A program made the translations under genes and the position numbers. 64,000 nt of DNA from Cenococcum geophilum (Eukaryota), in the NCBI GenBank assembly GCA_050273025.1, contig CP158635.1:26040001-26104000 (forward strand), read 5' to 3'. Below the pieces are notes generated by a model. The model searched no databases. It saw only the letters and a list, made by a program, of their open reading frames with translations, and was not told the origin of the DNA. This document shows, in pieces, positions 27,456 through 39,718 of this stretch; the first letter of the stretch is position 1, and each line of letters starts with the position of its first letter.

Positions 27456-30400
27456 TATATAATATGTATATTACGTATAAGGAGGATTTTATAAAAGTAC
27501 GGTTATGTATTTAAGGACCCTTAATCCCTAACTAGATAGTTCCTTCTTTGTAGTAATTCTTAGAATATAATTAGAGTTAATCTGTTGGGTAACCACTCCA
27601 CTAGTTGTTATTACGTTGTTAACTTCCTGCGTTACCTATATACCTCGCCCATTAATAGAACCTATTATAGTACCCACTATAAGGTTCCGTTATAGTAATT
27701 ATATAATAGAACCTTATAGTAGGAACTATAATAGGCTTATTAATAGGCTAGGTATATAGAAAATGTAAGTATAAAAGTTAACAACGTAATAATAACTGGT
27801 GGAGTAGTTGCCTAATAGATTAACTCTAATTATATTCTAAGAATTACTATAAGGAAGGAACTATCTAGGTAGGGATTAAGGGTCCTTAAATATATAACTG
27901 TACTCCTATAAAATCCTTTTTATATATAATATACGTCTTATATATAAGGTACGTAAGTTCCTCTTATCCCTCTTATTTAATATGTAGCATATTATATAAC
28001 CTTGGTTACTATTTCTTATTATATAGTTCTACCGGTTCTATTTTAGACTATACCTAAATTAACTAACTAGCTTCTTCTAACTCTTCCCTAAGTAGTCGTA
28101 ATATTGTATTTAAAGCGTCCGTAACACTAAGTAATAAAGTAGTATTTAATTAACAACCTAGATAAAGGGTTTGTTAAACTAAGTTAAGCCCCTTTTACTT
28201 CCCCTATCCTATTTATAAAAAAGCCTAATAAAGGCCTTTATTTTTATATTAACTATTAAAAGCTAAACGCTATTATTTAAAAGGACCGGTATTCTATTCC
28301 TTTAATTAATAAGACCCTTATACGTCTAAGCTAGGTAAAGATCTTTACTAAACTTAATATCCGTTAAGCTTTCTACTAAATTAAGATAGACCCTATATCT
28401 AAAGATTTAATAACATTCCGTACCTATTATAGTTCCTATAAATATAAAGTTCTTTTTTTTAGACTAATAAACGGACCGGCTATATACCAAAAGTATATAA
28501 ATAACGTTCTTTTTAACTACCTTAATAAATTCTACACAGTATACCTAGACGACATTCTTATATACTTAGATAATAAACTTAAGTATTAAGTTTATATTAA
28601 AAAGGTCCTAGAGAGACTACGGAATATAGGCTTATAGGTTAATATTAAGAAATATAAGTTTATAGTAAAACGTATAAAATACCTTAGGTTTATTATAACT
28701 ATAGAAGGAATTAAACTTAACCCTAAGAAGGTAGAGGTAATCTATAACTAAAAGCCCCCTTATATAGTAAAAGGAATCTAATCCTTCCTTAGTTTTTATA
28801 ACTTCTACTACCGGTTTATCTATAACTACGAAATTATAGTAAAACCTCTTATATAACTAACTAGGAAGGACACGCCTTTTATCTTTAATAATAGCTGTAT
28901 AAAAGCCTTTAGAGAGATAAAGAATCGGCTTATCTCTTTCTAATCCTTTATTACTATAACCTAGACCTTAAATTAATATTAGAAATAGACGCCTCTAATA
29001 GGATTATAGTAGGAATTCTATTATAGTTACATCTAGACGGTAAATAGTACCCTATAGCTTTCTTCTTAAAGATAATAGACCTAGCTAAGTATAACTATAA
29101 AGTACATAATAAAGAAATGCTAGCTATTATTTAATTACTCCCCTAATAGCGCGTAGAGCTTAAAGGTATAAACTCCCGGATTAAGATATATACAAATTAT
29201 AAAGCCCTAGAGTACTTTATAACTATAAAGCAGCTTATTAGATAATAGGCCTACTAGGCTAAAATACTCTTCTAATTCTTCTTTATAATTATATATCGTT
29301 TTAGTAAGTAAAACTCTAAGGCTAATACCCTAACTTAAAGAGAATAAGACGTAGAACCCTAGGATAAGCTAAAGACCTAATATTAGACGCGCGCCCTCTT
29401 CTATCTAAAATAGCTTGACCCGCGGATCCTTAAGGAGCTAAACTCTTAGCAAAACGAGCTAGCACTAATAAAGGAGTTCTTAGATAAGCTAATAGGGCTA
29501 ATTAACTACCTTCTAACTGCAAACCGCACGGCTAACGCCCTAAGGGCCCTCTGTAAGTAAGCTGTAAAAGAAAACCCTAATTTTAAGATAGAGGAAGGAT
29601 TGCTCCTATACTAGAAGCGGCTTATAGTCCCTAACGTTAACAATCTACGGACTAAACTAATCCGCGAAGCTTATTGCTAAGTCTCTACGGCATACCCTAG
29701 TAAAAACAAGACCTGTAAAATTATTAACTGCTACTACTACTAGCCAAGAATGGTTATAGATATTAATTAATATATATAGAACTGCAAAGATTACTAGAGA
29801 GCTATAATCCTACGAAATAAGACCCTAGGACTACTTAAGCTACTCCTAATACTAGAGCGGCCTTAATAGTATATTTTTATAGACTTTTATAAACTACTTA
29901 GGGACCGTAACGGATATAATATAGCTATAGTTATAGTTAACCGCTTTAGCAAACGCCTGTTCTTAACCCCCCGCTATAAGAATATTAATGCTAAAAAGGT
30001 AGCCTAGCTATATATCTATTACGTCTACTAAATCTACGGACTACTAGATACTATTATATCTAATTATAGGCTATAGTTTATATCGGCCTTCTAGAATAAG
30101 TTTACCTAGATTTTAGGTATTAAGCTAAAGCTTTCTACGGCTTATTACCCCTAGATAGATAGTTAGACAGAGATTATAAATTAGTACCTAGACTAGAGGC
30201 TTAGGCCCTTTATTAACTATTTCTAAAACAACTAGTTTAAACTATTACCCTTAATAAACTACGCGCAAGCAACCCTACCCTATAACTCTACAGGGTTTGC
30301 CCTAATTTAGCTAGAAATATAATACTTACCCTATATAAGCTTTAACTAGAAAAGGCTAAAAGAACCCCAGACTATATAAGAGAAGCTATTCTATACTAAG

Positions 30401-31760
30401 GCCTAATAGTACGCCAAATAATTAGAGGAAGCTTAGACGGTAGCCTATAAGAACCTAAAAAAAGCTTAAAGGTTAATAAAATAGTAGGTAAACAAACACC
30501 GTTAAGAGCTTAATTTTACCCCTAGCAATATTGTTACGGACGCTTTAAGTACAATATTATAACTACTTAGGGAATAGTTAAAAGAAGCTAGTTAGTTAAT
30601 TTAGGTACGGTTTAGAATAGAACCGGTAGAACTATATAACGAGGAATAATAGCCAAGGTTATATAATATGCTACGTATTAAATAAGAGGTACAAGAGGAA
30701 CTTATATACCTTACGTATAAGACGTATATTATATATAAGAAGGATTTTATAGGAGTACGGTTGTGTATTTAAGGACCCTTAATCCCTACCTAGATAGTTC
30801 CTTCCTTATAGTAATTCTCAGAATATAATTAGAGTTAATCTATTAGGCAACTACTCTACTAGTTATTATTACGTTATTAACTCCTATACTTATATTTCCT
30901 ATACACCTAGCCCATTAATAAGCCTACCGTAGTTCCTACTATAAGGTTCCGTTATATAATTACTACCTAGTTACGGTATTAAATATAGAAAGTTAAATAA
31001 TATGCCACCAAAAGCAGCCACTATAACGCTATTAACGGCGGCAACTACTTTAAGGTTAGGTAATACCAGTATGGCAAATACTAACTTATAACAACCTATA
31101 ACGGTTAGATAACTATAAGAGATAGTTAACTAGTTAATAACAAACAATGTAGTGTTAGAAGAAAGGATTAATGGGATTAGAGTAGTAAAGATTAAGTTAT
31201 TATCAATTAAGAGGTACTTAGGAGAAAGATTAAAGCTTAAAGGGTTTCTTACCTAAATACACTTTAAAGTTATATAAGAAGGGGTAAAGTTACTAATACT
31301 TATGGATTAAATAGCCTATGTAGGACTATTCCTGTTAGGAAAGGCACTTAAATAGTTTAAGCCTTACCTTATGGAGATATAGGCAAACGGAATAACAACT
31401 ACTAATTAAAAAGTGCGGTTTATGTTCTTAAGCTAGGAAGGGTTCGTAGAGCGACTTATATAAATATTTAGAGACCTAAAGGCAGTAACTACGGCGGAAA
31501 GAAAACTCTAAGATATTATGCAACGAACCTTAGCAATTAAGTATATAACGCAGTTCCAGACGTTAGTAATATAAGTAGAGTAGAATAATAAGGCGCTTAT
31601 AGCATAGTATAAATAGGGACTTAAGGCTAAAGTTTAGGACGCGATTATTCTAATAGAAGATGCAGATACCCTATAGGAACTAATAGATTAAGTAATTAAG
31701 ATTAATAATTGAATCTACTAAAGAGAACAGGCTAAGAGAGGCTAGGATAGAGTTCTATAG

Positions 31761-31952
31761 TATAAGCTTTGCAGTGTGGGTATTGAACGAGCAACTTAAT
31801 TGTAAATATATGGAAATCAAGTGGTATAAATACATGAAAGTAGACCCCGAACTCCGAAGCCTATGACTCATTTCTAACGTATCTGAGACATACGAGGGTA
31901 GTGCTGACGCAGGTGAAACAGGGTAATATGCAAGGTCCGGTAGTCGGTTACA
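31761..31952. mobile_element. Solo LTR (192 bp) of an unrelated family, inserted in gag of E
   Basis: Absent from copies A and C. TSD TATAG (31756-31760, 31953-31957). Termini TATAAG (from TGTAAG)...GTTACA. Confidence 0.85.
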
Positions 31953-34900
31953 TATAGTTATATAAGGTATAGAGCACGCAATAACTAAAGCTAAATTAGA
32001 AACTATAGTATGGCGCAGAGCTAATAGACCTAAGCGGTATTAAAGAAGCCTATAAGAGATGGAGCAAATAACTATAAAAACCTAGAGGTTAAGGATCTAG
32101 TAATTATAGGACTAAGGAGTAGAGGCTAAACTAGAGATCTTAGTAGTAGAAGATATTTAGGCGGACTCTATAATAAAGTTAATAGTTTAAAGATGGAGCT
32201 TATATAAATTACGGAAAATAAGGTTACTTTATAAGGGATTATAAAGATAGTTAGAGATACTATGCAATAAAGGGAACTAGACTAATAGTAGAAGATATAT
32301 ATATATAGAGGGATAATAGTGTACTATAAGGAATAAAGGAGTGTTTAATTAGAAGCTTTGCGTTCTATTATAACAACGCATACCAAATTTATAAAGACGC
32401 TAAGTACGGCGTAAGCTATTAGCTATAGCAGCTAAAATCTATAGAGTATAGAGGAACTAATAAACTAGTTTATAGATTGGACATTAAGGACGATAAATTT
32501 AATAAAGGCGAAATATTTAGTAACAATAAGGCAATAAGAGTGGTTTACTAGGAATACGCAGCCATTAGAGATATTATACTAGAGGTAGAGAATAATTCTA
32601 CTATAGAATAAGGAATATTAGTAGGGATTAGGACCCTACTAGATACGATATCTATTGCTTTATAAGATATAAGAGAAGTAGAATAGTGAGCTACTTTAGC
32701 ACTTAATAAAGGCAAAAGGCTAAAGGCTTAAGATTCTTAAGACGAGATAAGAGACGACTAAGATTCTTAAGATAAGATAAGGTAAGCTTAAGGACCTATA
32801 ACGGATGATAACCAATAAAGTAGAGTAGTAGCTTAGTTTAAAGATATACAAATAAGCTTGGGATAAGAATTCCTAATGGTATAAGACTCTTAAGAAGAGA
32901 TAAGTGAGATTTAAAACTCTTAAGATAAGATAAGAACACTAAATAAGCCTAGTTAGACTAAGGCTAGAGTAAAGCTTAAGTTAGAAGCAAGCTTAGGATT
33001 AAGAATCTAAAGGGGTTAAGAATTCGGAGTATAAATAAGGACACCCGCAAATAAGAGGCAAAAGGTTTCTTTATAGATTAGAGAATCTATAATATAAATA
33101 GTAGTTAGACTAGGGGACAGGTATATAGACCTAGAAGACTTACTAGGAGAACGTAGTGTTCGGCCTAAAGATTAAAAAGTCGATACTAAAATTAAGAAGT
33201 AAAAAGACTTTAAGGATCTAAGCGTGAGACGCAAACTAAAAGAAACCATAGAAGAATTTAGGCAAAGAATTATCGTATGGTAGGATTAGAAACTAGATAA
33301 GAGATTTAGTATACTAGGTTATATAAGGGATAGAGTACCTATATAAAGGATTACTAATAGGCCTAGAGTAGGCATACTAAGAGCTAAGTGGCTTATTAAA
33401 CTAGAAAATAAAGAGGATTTAGGGATTCTAACTAGGTTTAAGGAATGATATATAAAGGGCTATTACAACGTAGTAATAAGAAGATACTTCCTTATAAATA
33501 AGCCGTATATACTCTAGTAGCTATACTAAAGGTGGTATAGACAATAACATAATGATAAGTAGGAAGATTTCTATATATGGTTAAACGAGAAAGTTATTTA
33601 AGACCACCCGATTATAGAAAAGGCGATAAGTTATATTAAAGGAGCCTTAATTATAACGTTAAAAGATTTAAAGGAGTGATTAGAGGACTAGAGAAGTAAG
33701 AGGTAAATTATAATACCTGCGAACGAAGTTATAACGCTTAAATTAACATAAGAAAGGTTTAAACTTAAGGATAAAGACAAGCTAAGAGTTAACTTAAAAC
33801 ACTAAGCATATTACACACTAGCATAGATAGCGTATATAGATAATACGTATAATATATATAGAGTACTAAAAGATAAGAACCGGAAATACCTAAGAAGGAT
33901 ATACTAGTTATTAGATGAGGCGAAATATTAAAATGCTAAGTATGTATATAGTTGGCACCTAGTAGAAGTGCAAAACTAAGGGGACTTAATACTTTAGCTA
34001 GGAAGATTCCTTACGGAAGAATGCCTAGACAGACGATAGTGGTGGGAATGCCTAGAAAACACGTGTTTATGGCATATTAAAGATAAAAAGCGAACTAAGT
34101 ATTAGCCTAAGTTAGACTAAGTATAAATAGGATTAAGCAGCTAATAGTTAGAAAAAGTAGAGGCCTATGGGACTAAAGGGAGCCAGTAGTAGAGCCTTAG
34201 ACCCTTAAAGGAATTTAAGGATAATACCTAAATTTACGAGTTAAATAGCAAGATTAGCAGTTTAAGGCGCTAATAAATAGTGGAGTAACGCGGAACTATA
34301 TTTTACTAGTAGTAGTTAAGAGAATGGGATTACCTTATAGATAGAAGAAGCAATCTTACCTATTAGTTACAATTTTAGGAGATCTAATAGCCTATAGAGG
34401 AGGGATTATTAATCTTAAAATAGGACCTATTTAACTAACTATTAAAGGAAGATAAATTAAGATGTCCTTCGATATATTACTATTAGGGAATAATAAGGTA
34501 GTACTAGAAATGCCTTAGTTATAGAAATATAATTTAAGAATCGATTAAATTACTAGCTAGGTCGATATTAGGGATACTTAATGCTATAGAATATAATAAC
34601 AGACTAAGTTGGTATAGTACTAAGTTGGAGTAATATATAAGAAGACTAAGTAAGGCTTAAATTATGTACTAAAGAGATACTATAAGTATAGTAAAAAACT
34701 ATAGTTACCGGAAAGTGAAAAGCTGTTAGAGTATATAGCATAGGACTATAAGATAGAATTAGAACTAGGAATAAGTCTAAGGTTCTTTCTAATCTATAAG
34801 CTTACTAAAAAAGAAGGTAGAGCACTTAAAGAGTTTGTCTAAGAAAACTTACGAAAGGGATATATTAGACTATTATAGTTATTAGTAGGATATCCAGTAC

Positions 34901-37564
34901 TATTCATACTAAAGAAAAATGGCAAACTAAGGCTGTGTATTAACTATAGATAGTTAAATAGCATTACTAGGAAGGATAGATATCCTTTACCCTTAATTAG
35001 CGAAATCTAGGATAGGATAGGCAACGCGTAAATCTTTATAAAGATAGATTTAAGATAGGCGTATTATTAGATTAGAATTAAGGAAGGCGACAAATAGAAG
35101 GCAGCTTTTAGATTAAAGGAAGGACTATATAAGCTATTAGTTATATAATTTGGGCTTATAAACGCACTAGCAACGTTTTAGAAGCGTATTAATAATATAT
35201 TAGGAGAATACTTAGATAAATTTGTTATAGTATACTTTAATAATATTATTATCTATTTAATAACTAAGGAAGAACATAAGGGACATATTAAATAGGTCTT
35301 AAAAAGACTATAAGAAGAATAGATACTAGTAGCAATTAAGAAATACAAGTTCTTTACTAGGAAGACCGATTTTGTTAGATTTATTATTAAACTAGGCTAA
35401 CTTAGTATAGATCTAAAGAAGATTAAGGCTATAGTAAATTAGTAAGAACTAGAGAACGTTATATAGTTAAGATTATTTCTAAGATTTTGCAATTACTGTA
35501 AAAGGTTTATAGCATAATAGTTAAAGGATATTAAACTATTTATATAACTAACAAAGAAAGAAGAACTATAGATATAGGGAGAAGAGTAATAAAAACTATT
35601 TAAAAAGGTTAAAGAGTTATTTACCTAGGAGCTAGTTCTTAAGATCTATTAACTAGGGTTAGAAATAGTTATAGAAATAAATATATTAGACTTTATACTA
35701 AGGGCATGCTTTATATAAAAATATTAAGATAAATGGCACCTAGTAGCATACTATAGTCGGAAGATAATACTACTAGAGTTAAACTATAACATTTACAATA
35801 AGGAGTTATTAGGTATAGTTATAGTACTAAAGGAATAGAGAGCATTCTTATAAGGTATAGAGAAACTATTTATAGTTAAGACGGATTATAAAAACCTAAT
35901 AGGATTCCTAATAATAAAGGAACTTAACTAAAGATAGGTTAGATGGGCAGAGATACTTATAGAATACTATTTTAAGATTTAGTATATAAAAGGCACAGAT
36001 AATATATAAGTAGATACTTTAAGTTAAAAAGCTAAACTATAAAACGATAAAAAGCTATTAGGGGCTTTACTATAAAAAGATATAGATAGATTGATTAGGT
36101 ATAATTATCTAAAGATAATAGTAATGTAGGAAAATAGAGAACTAGAGAAAGTTTATAAGTTACCAGAAAGCTTTTAGGTATAAAGAATTCTAAAGGCATA
36201 GCTAGAAGATTTATAGACGGATATATACAAAAATCGAGAAGTAAAATATATTTTAAGAAGTATAGTAGAATAATTTATAGAAGATTTTTATAAAGGAATG
36301 ACTTAAGGACATAATAGAGCTATAGGCTTAGTATTAAGACTCTAGGAGGAGTATATTATTAATAGAATTTGGAATATTGCAAGAAAAGTTACTAAGAAAT
36401 ATTTAGATTGCTAAAGAAATAAACTAATAAGGCATAAGCTATATAGAGGGCTATAACCTATTAAAATACTAGAGAGACTATAGAAGGTTATATTATAGGA
36501 CTTTATTATTAAGTTACTAAAATTAAAAAATCCTATTACTAGATAAGATTATAACGCAATTTTAATAATAGTAGATAAGCTTATAAAGTAGGGATACTTT
36601 ATAGCATGCACAGAAGAAATCTTAGCGGAAGATGTCGCTAGAATCTATATTAGAGAAGTATTTATAAGATATAAAGTACTAAGTAAAATTATATTAGATA
36701 GGGATCTAAGATTTATAGTAATATTCTAGAAAGTGTTCTTAGCAGAGTAAGGAGTTAGAGTAGTAACTTCTACCGTATATTATCTATAGACAGACGGTTA
36801 AATAGAGAGATTAAATTAGACACTGGAATAGTATCTAAGGCACTATATCAATTATATATAGAATAATTGGGTATCGCTATTATTAGTTATATAGTTTGCA
36901 TATAATATAACACCTTAAGAAGGAATAGGTATATTACCATTTAAGGCAAATTATAGATATAAGCTAAGAATATTGTTATTACTATAGTAAGCAAAGAAAA
37001 CGAGTAATATAGCTAAAGAAAGAATAAAGATGTTAATAAATCTTTATATAGACCTTATGGAATTAGTAAAGAAAGTATAAGAAAGAATAAAAAGGTACTA
37101 TAATACTAAGAGATCTAAGGGACTAAATCTTAAGGAGGGAGATAAAGTGTAGTTATTATATAAAATTTTCAAGAGTTAACGACTAAGTAAGAAGTTAGAC
37201 TATATTAGACTAGGACCTTTTAAAATTATATAAAGAATTTTACTAGTTATATTTAAGTTAAACCTACTAGCTAAAATTAAGATCTACCCTATATAGTATA
37301 TCGTAATACTAGAGCTAGTATACGGGAATGTTAAGCTACTAGTTTATAAAGAAGATATATATAAAGGATAAAAAGAAGACAAATAGTAAGTTTTAAAGAT
37401 TGTTAGTTATAAGGATATTAATAACAAAATATAGTATAAGGTTAAGTAGATAGGCTATAATAAGACTACCTAGGAACTACTAGAAAATTTAAAGAATGCT
37501 ATAGGAAAGGTATAGGAGTATTAGAAGAGATTAGGTTAGGTAGCATTAATAAAGAAGGATTGCT

Positions 37565-38150
37565 AAAGAATAAGTTACCTAAGGGGGACCTAAGAAGAGT
37601 AGTTGCCAAACTATTTAGATTTGTTTCCTTCTTAGCTAAAAGAGAATCCGTTCTTTTATTACTAAGTTTTTATAGACCCTACTTTATAAGTTTCTACTCC
37701 TTAAAACGAACCTTCTTATAACCCTTCTTAAGACGGAGTAAGTAAGTAGATACCGCAATGCAAGTATTTAGGGCCTTTTGTTCCGCATCCTAAGAACATT
37801 CTAACTTAGTAAGGGCTTAAGATAGTTTACTATTTAGCTATATAGCAGTAGATTAAATATAAGATCTTAAGATAAATTAATTAGGGAACTAGACGACTAT
37901 TAAGAGTAATAGGTCGCGTATATTTAGTATTAAAGGTAGAGCGAACATTACAGGACGAATAAATATTTACTTTAGTGCACTTTAAGTAAGAGGACGGTTA
38001 TTATAAAGATGGACTCGCTAACGTAATATAGACTAACCCCTCTTTTAAATAACGCGAATATAGAGATGGTATAATCTTACTAAGAGATAATATTATAGCA
38101 ATAGTATAAGCATAACGTTGGGCGTGTAAAGAAGAAATTACTTTAGGTAT
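37565..38150 (-). pseudogene. Antisense accessory gene of element E (Zn2Cys6-like cluster plus predicted coiled coil), RIP-mutated
   Basis: Homologous to 25560-26142; Cys5 and Cys6 codons intact here. The 3' boundary is approximate. Confidence 0.6.
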
Positions 38151-39718
38151 AATAAGTAACGATATTAACTAAATTAATTAGACGGATATTATACCTCTAG
38201 TAAATAACTTAAAGATATTAGGAATCTTTAAAGACAAAGATAGAAAGAAGGGAGATAGTATTACGGACGCTTTAAGTACAATATTATAACTACTTAGGGA
38301 AGGGTTAGAAGAAGCTAGTTAGTTAATTTAGATATAGTCTAAGATAAAACCAGTAGAACTATATAATAAGGAATAATAGCCGAGGTTATATAATATGCTA
38401 TATATTAAATAAGAGGTATAAAAGGAACTTATATACCTTATATATAAGACGTATATTATATATAAGAAGGATTTTATAGGAGTACGGTTGTGTATTTAAG
38501 GACCCTTAATCCCTACCTAGATAGTTCCTTCCTTATAGTAATTCTTAGAATATAATTGGAGTTAATCTATTAGGCAACCACTCTACTAGTTATTATTACG
38601 TTATTAACTCCTATACTTGCATTTCCTATATACTTAGCCTATTAACGAGCCCACCGTAGTTCCTGCTATAAGGTTCCGTTATAAATATGGCCTAGGTTAT
38701 AATAAGGAATTAAAAGACTAAATAACCTAGCTATAAGCTAAACTACTAGATAGTAGGACCGTATAAAGTTCTTAAGAAGATAGGCAACTTGTATAAGATA
38801 AAGCTCCCAGATTTAATTAGGGTTTACCTTATCTTTTTACTAGATAAGTTATAGAAAGCTATAAATAACTTATTACCTAGATAAAAGAACGAGCCTCCCC
38901 TATTAGTTTAAGTAAACGATAATAATAAATAGGAGGTTAATAAAATACTAGCCTATAAGATAGTATAGGGAACGCTAAAATACTATATCTAATAAAAGGG
39001 CTATAATTCTAACCTAACCTAGTACCCTATATAGAACTTTATAGGCTACCCTTAAAAGCTTAAAGAATTTTATAACTAATACTCTAATATACTTAGACCC
39101 CTAAAGTACCTAAACAAATAGATAGAATGCTAGTATAATAAAGATAATAAGTTACTGGAAGAATATAGGGATAAAAAACGCCCTAAAGCCCTAATACAGC
39201 TATCTACCAAATTCTACTATATTCTGCCGTTTTCTGCTAATACTATAAAATTTTAGATATTTAGGAACTTTAACTGCCGGTTAAAGTTATCTAATTAGTT
39301 AGATCTGTGCTAAGACTTTTAACAGCTACTCTTTCTAGCCTAGTGCTTCCACTTAGCCCACAATCGCCCTTTATACTTAGTCTAGACATACTTATATCCC
39401 CTTTTATCTCCTTATCTTATATTTTATAATCCTATATTTATAAGCCTAGTGCTACCCTATTTCTAACTAAGCCTAAGGGTAGGCTTTCTTTTAAAGAGGG
39501 GGGTGATGTAACGGCGCTATCGCACGTTACCTGCTATATTCTGCCATATTCTACCGACCTATAATTAGCCCGCCTAAAGCTAGCGCCTTAGCGGCTTACC
39601 CTATATATTTGTTTACATCGGTCCTAGCGACCCCTTTTTCCTTCTCTTTAGCTTAGTATTTTTGTAATATAGCATTCGTTTAAGCTTCGGTTTAGAGGCA
39701 TTTATTTAAGCTATAACA

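Larger units (their letters stand above)
18849..27694 (+). mobile_element. Complete Ty3/Gypsy chromovirus C (5' LTR 18849-19260; 3' LTR 26251-27694, interrupted by a 1-kb retroposon)
   Basis: TSD GTAAT (18844-18848, 27695-27699). gag MPxKAAT at 19302, zinc knuckle ~20300, protease DSGA ~22310, RT ~22850-23560, RNase H, IN, chromodomain ~25375. PPT GGAGAGAAGGGAGATAG precedes 26251. Confidence 0.95.
1360..28126 (-). mobile_element. Ty3/Gypsy element A (same family as C and E), interrupted by the LINE, element B and element C; 5' LTR 27702-28126; 3' part not in window
   Basis: Reverse-complement collinearity with element E (gag start ~18807, protease ~3660, RT ~2450-3100, RNase H ~1950-2270, IN ~1360-1700). 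The 425-bp LTR is inverted relative to C/E. Many RIP stop codons. Confidence 0.9.
30532..38683 (+). mobile_element. Complete Ty3/Gypsy chromovirus E with 425-bp LTRs (30532-30956, 38259-38683)
   Basis: TSD AATAT (30527-30531, 38684-38688). gag ATG at ~31003. PR/RT/RH/IN/chromodomain collinear with C. PPT at 38242-38258. Confidence 0.95.
28127..39718 (+). mobile_element. Ty3/Gypsy chromovirus D (pol from RT onward plus 3' LTR 39507-39718), interrupted by A and E; 5' part expected left of the window
   Basis: RIP-reversed RT (KGFVEPSQAPFASPILFVKK..., AYLDDILIY at ~28540), RNase H and IN. Sequence continues across E into a chromodomain (~38925-39040). PPT AAAGAGGGGGGTGA is followed by TGTAAC...TAACA. 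Confidence 0.9.
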
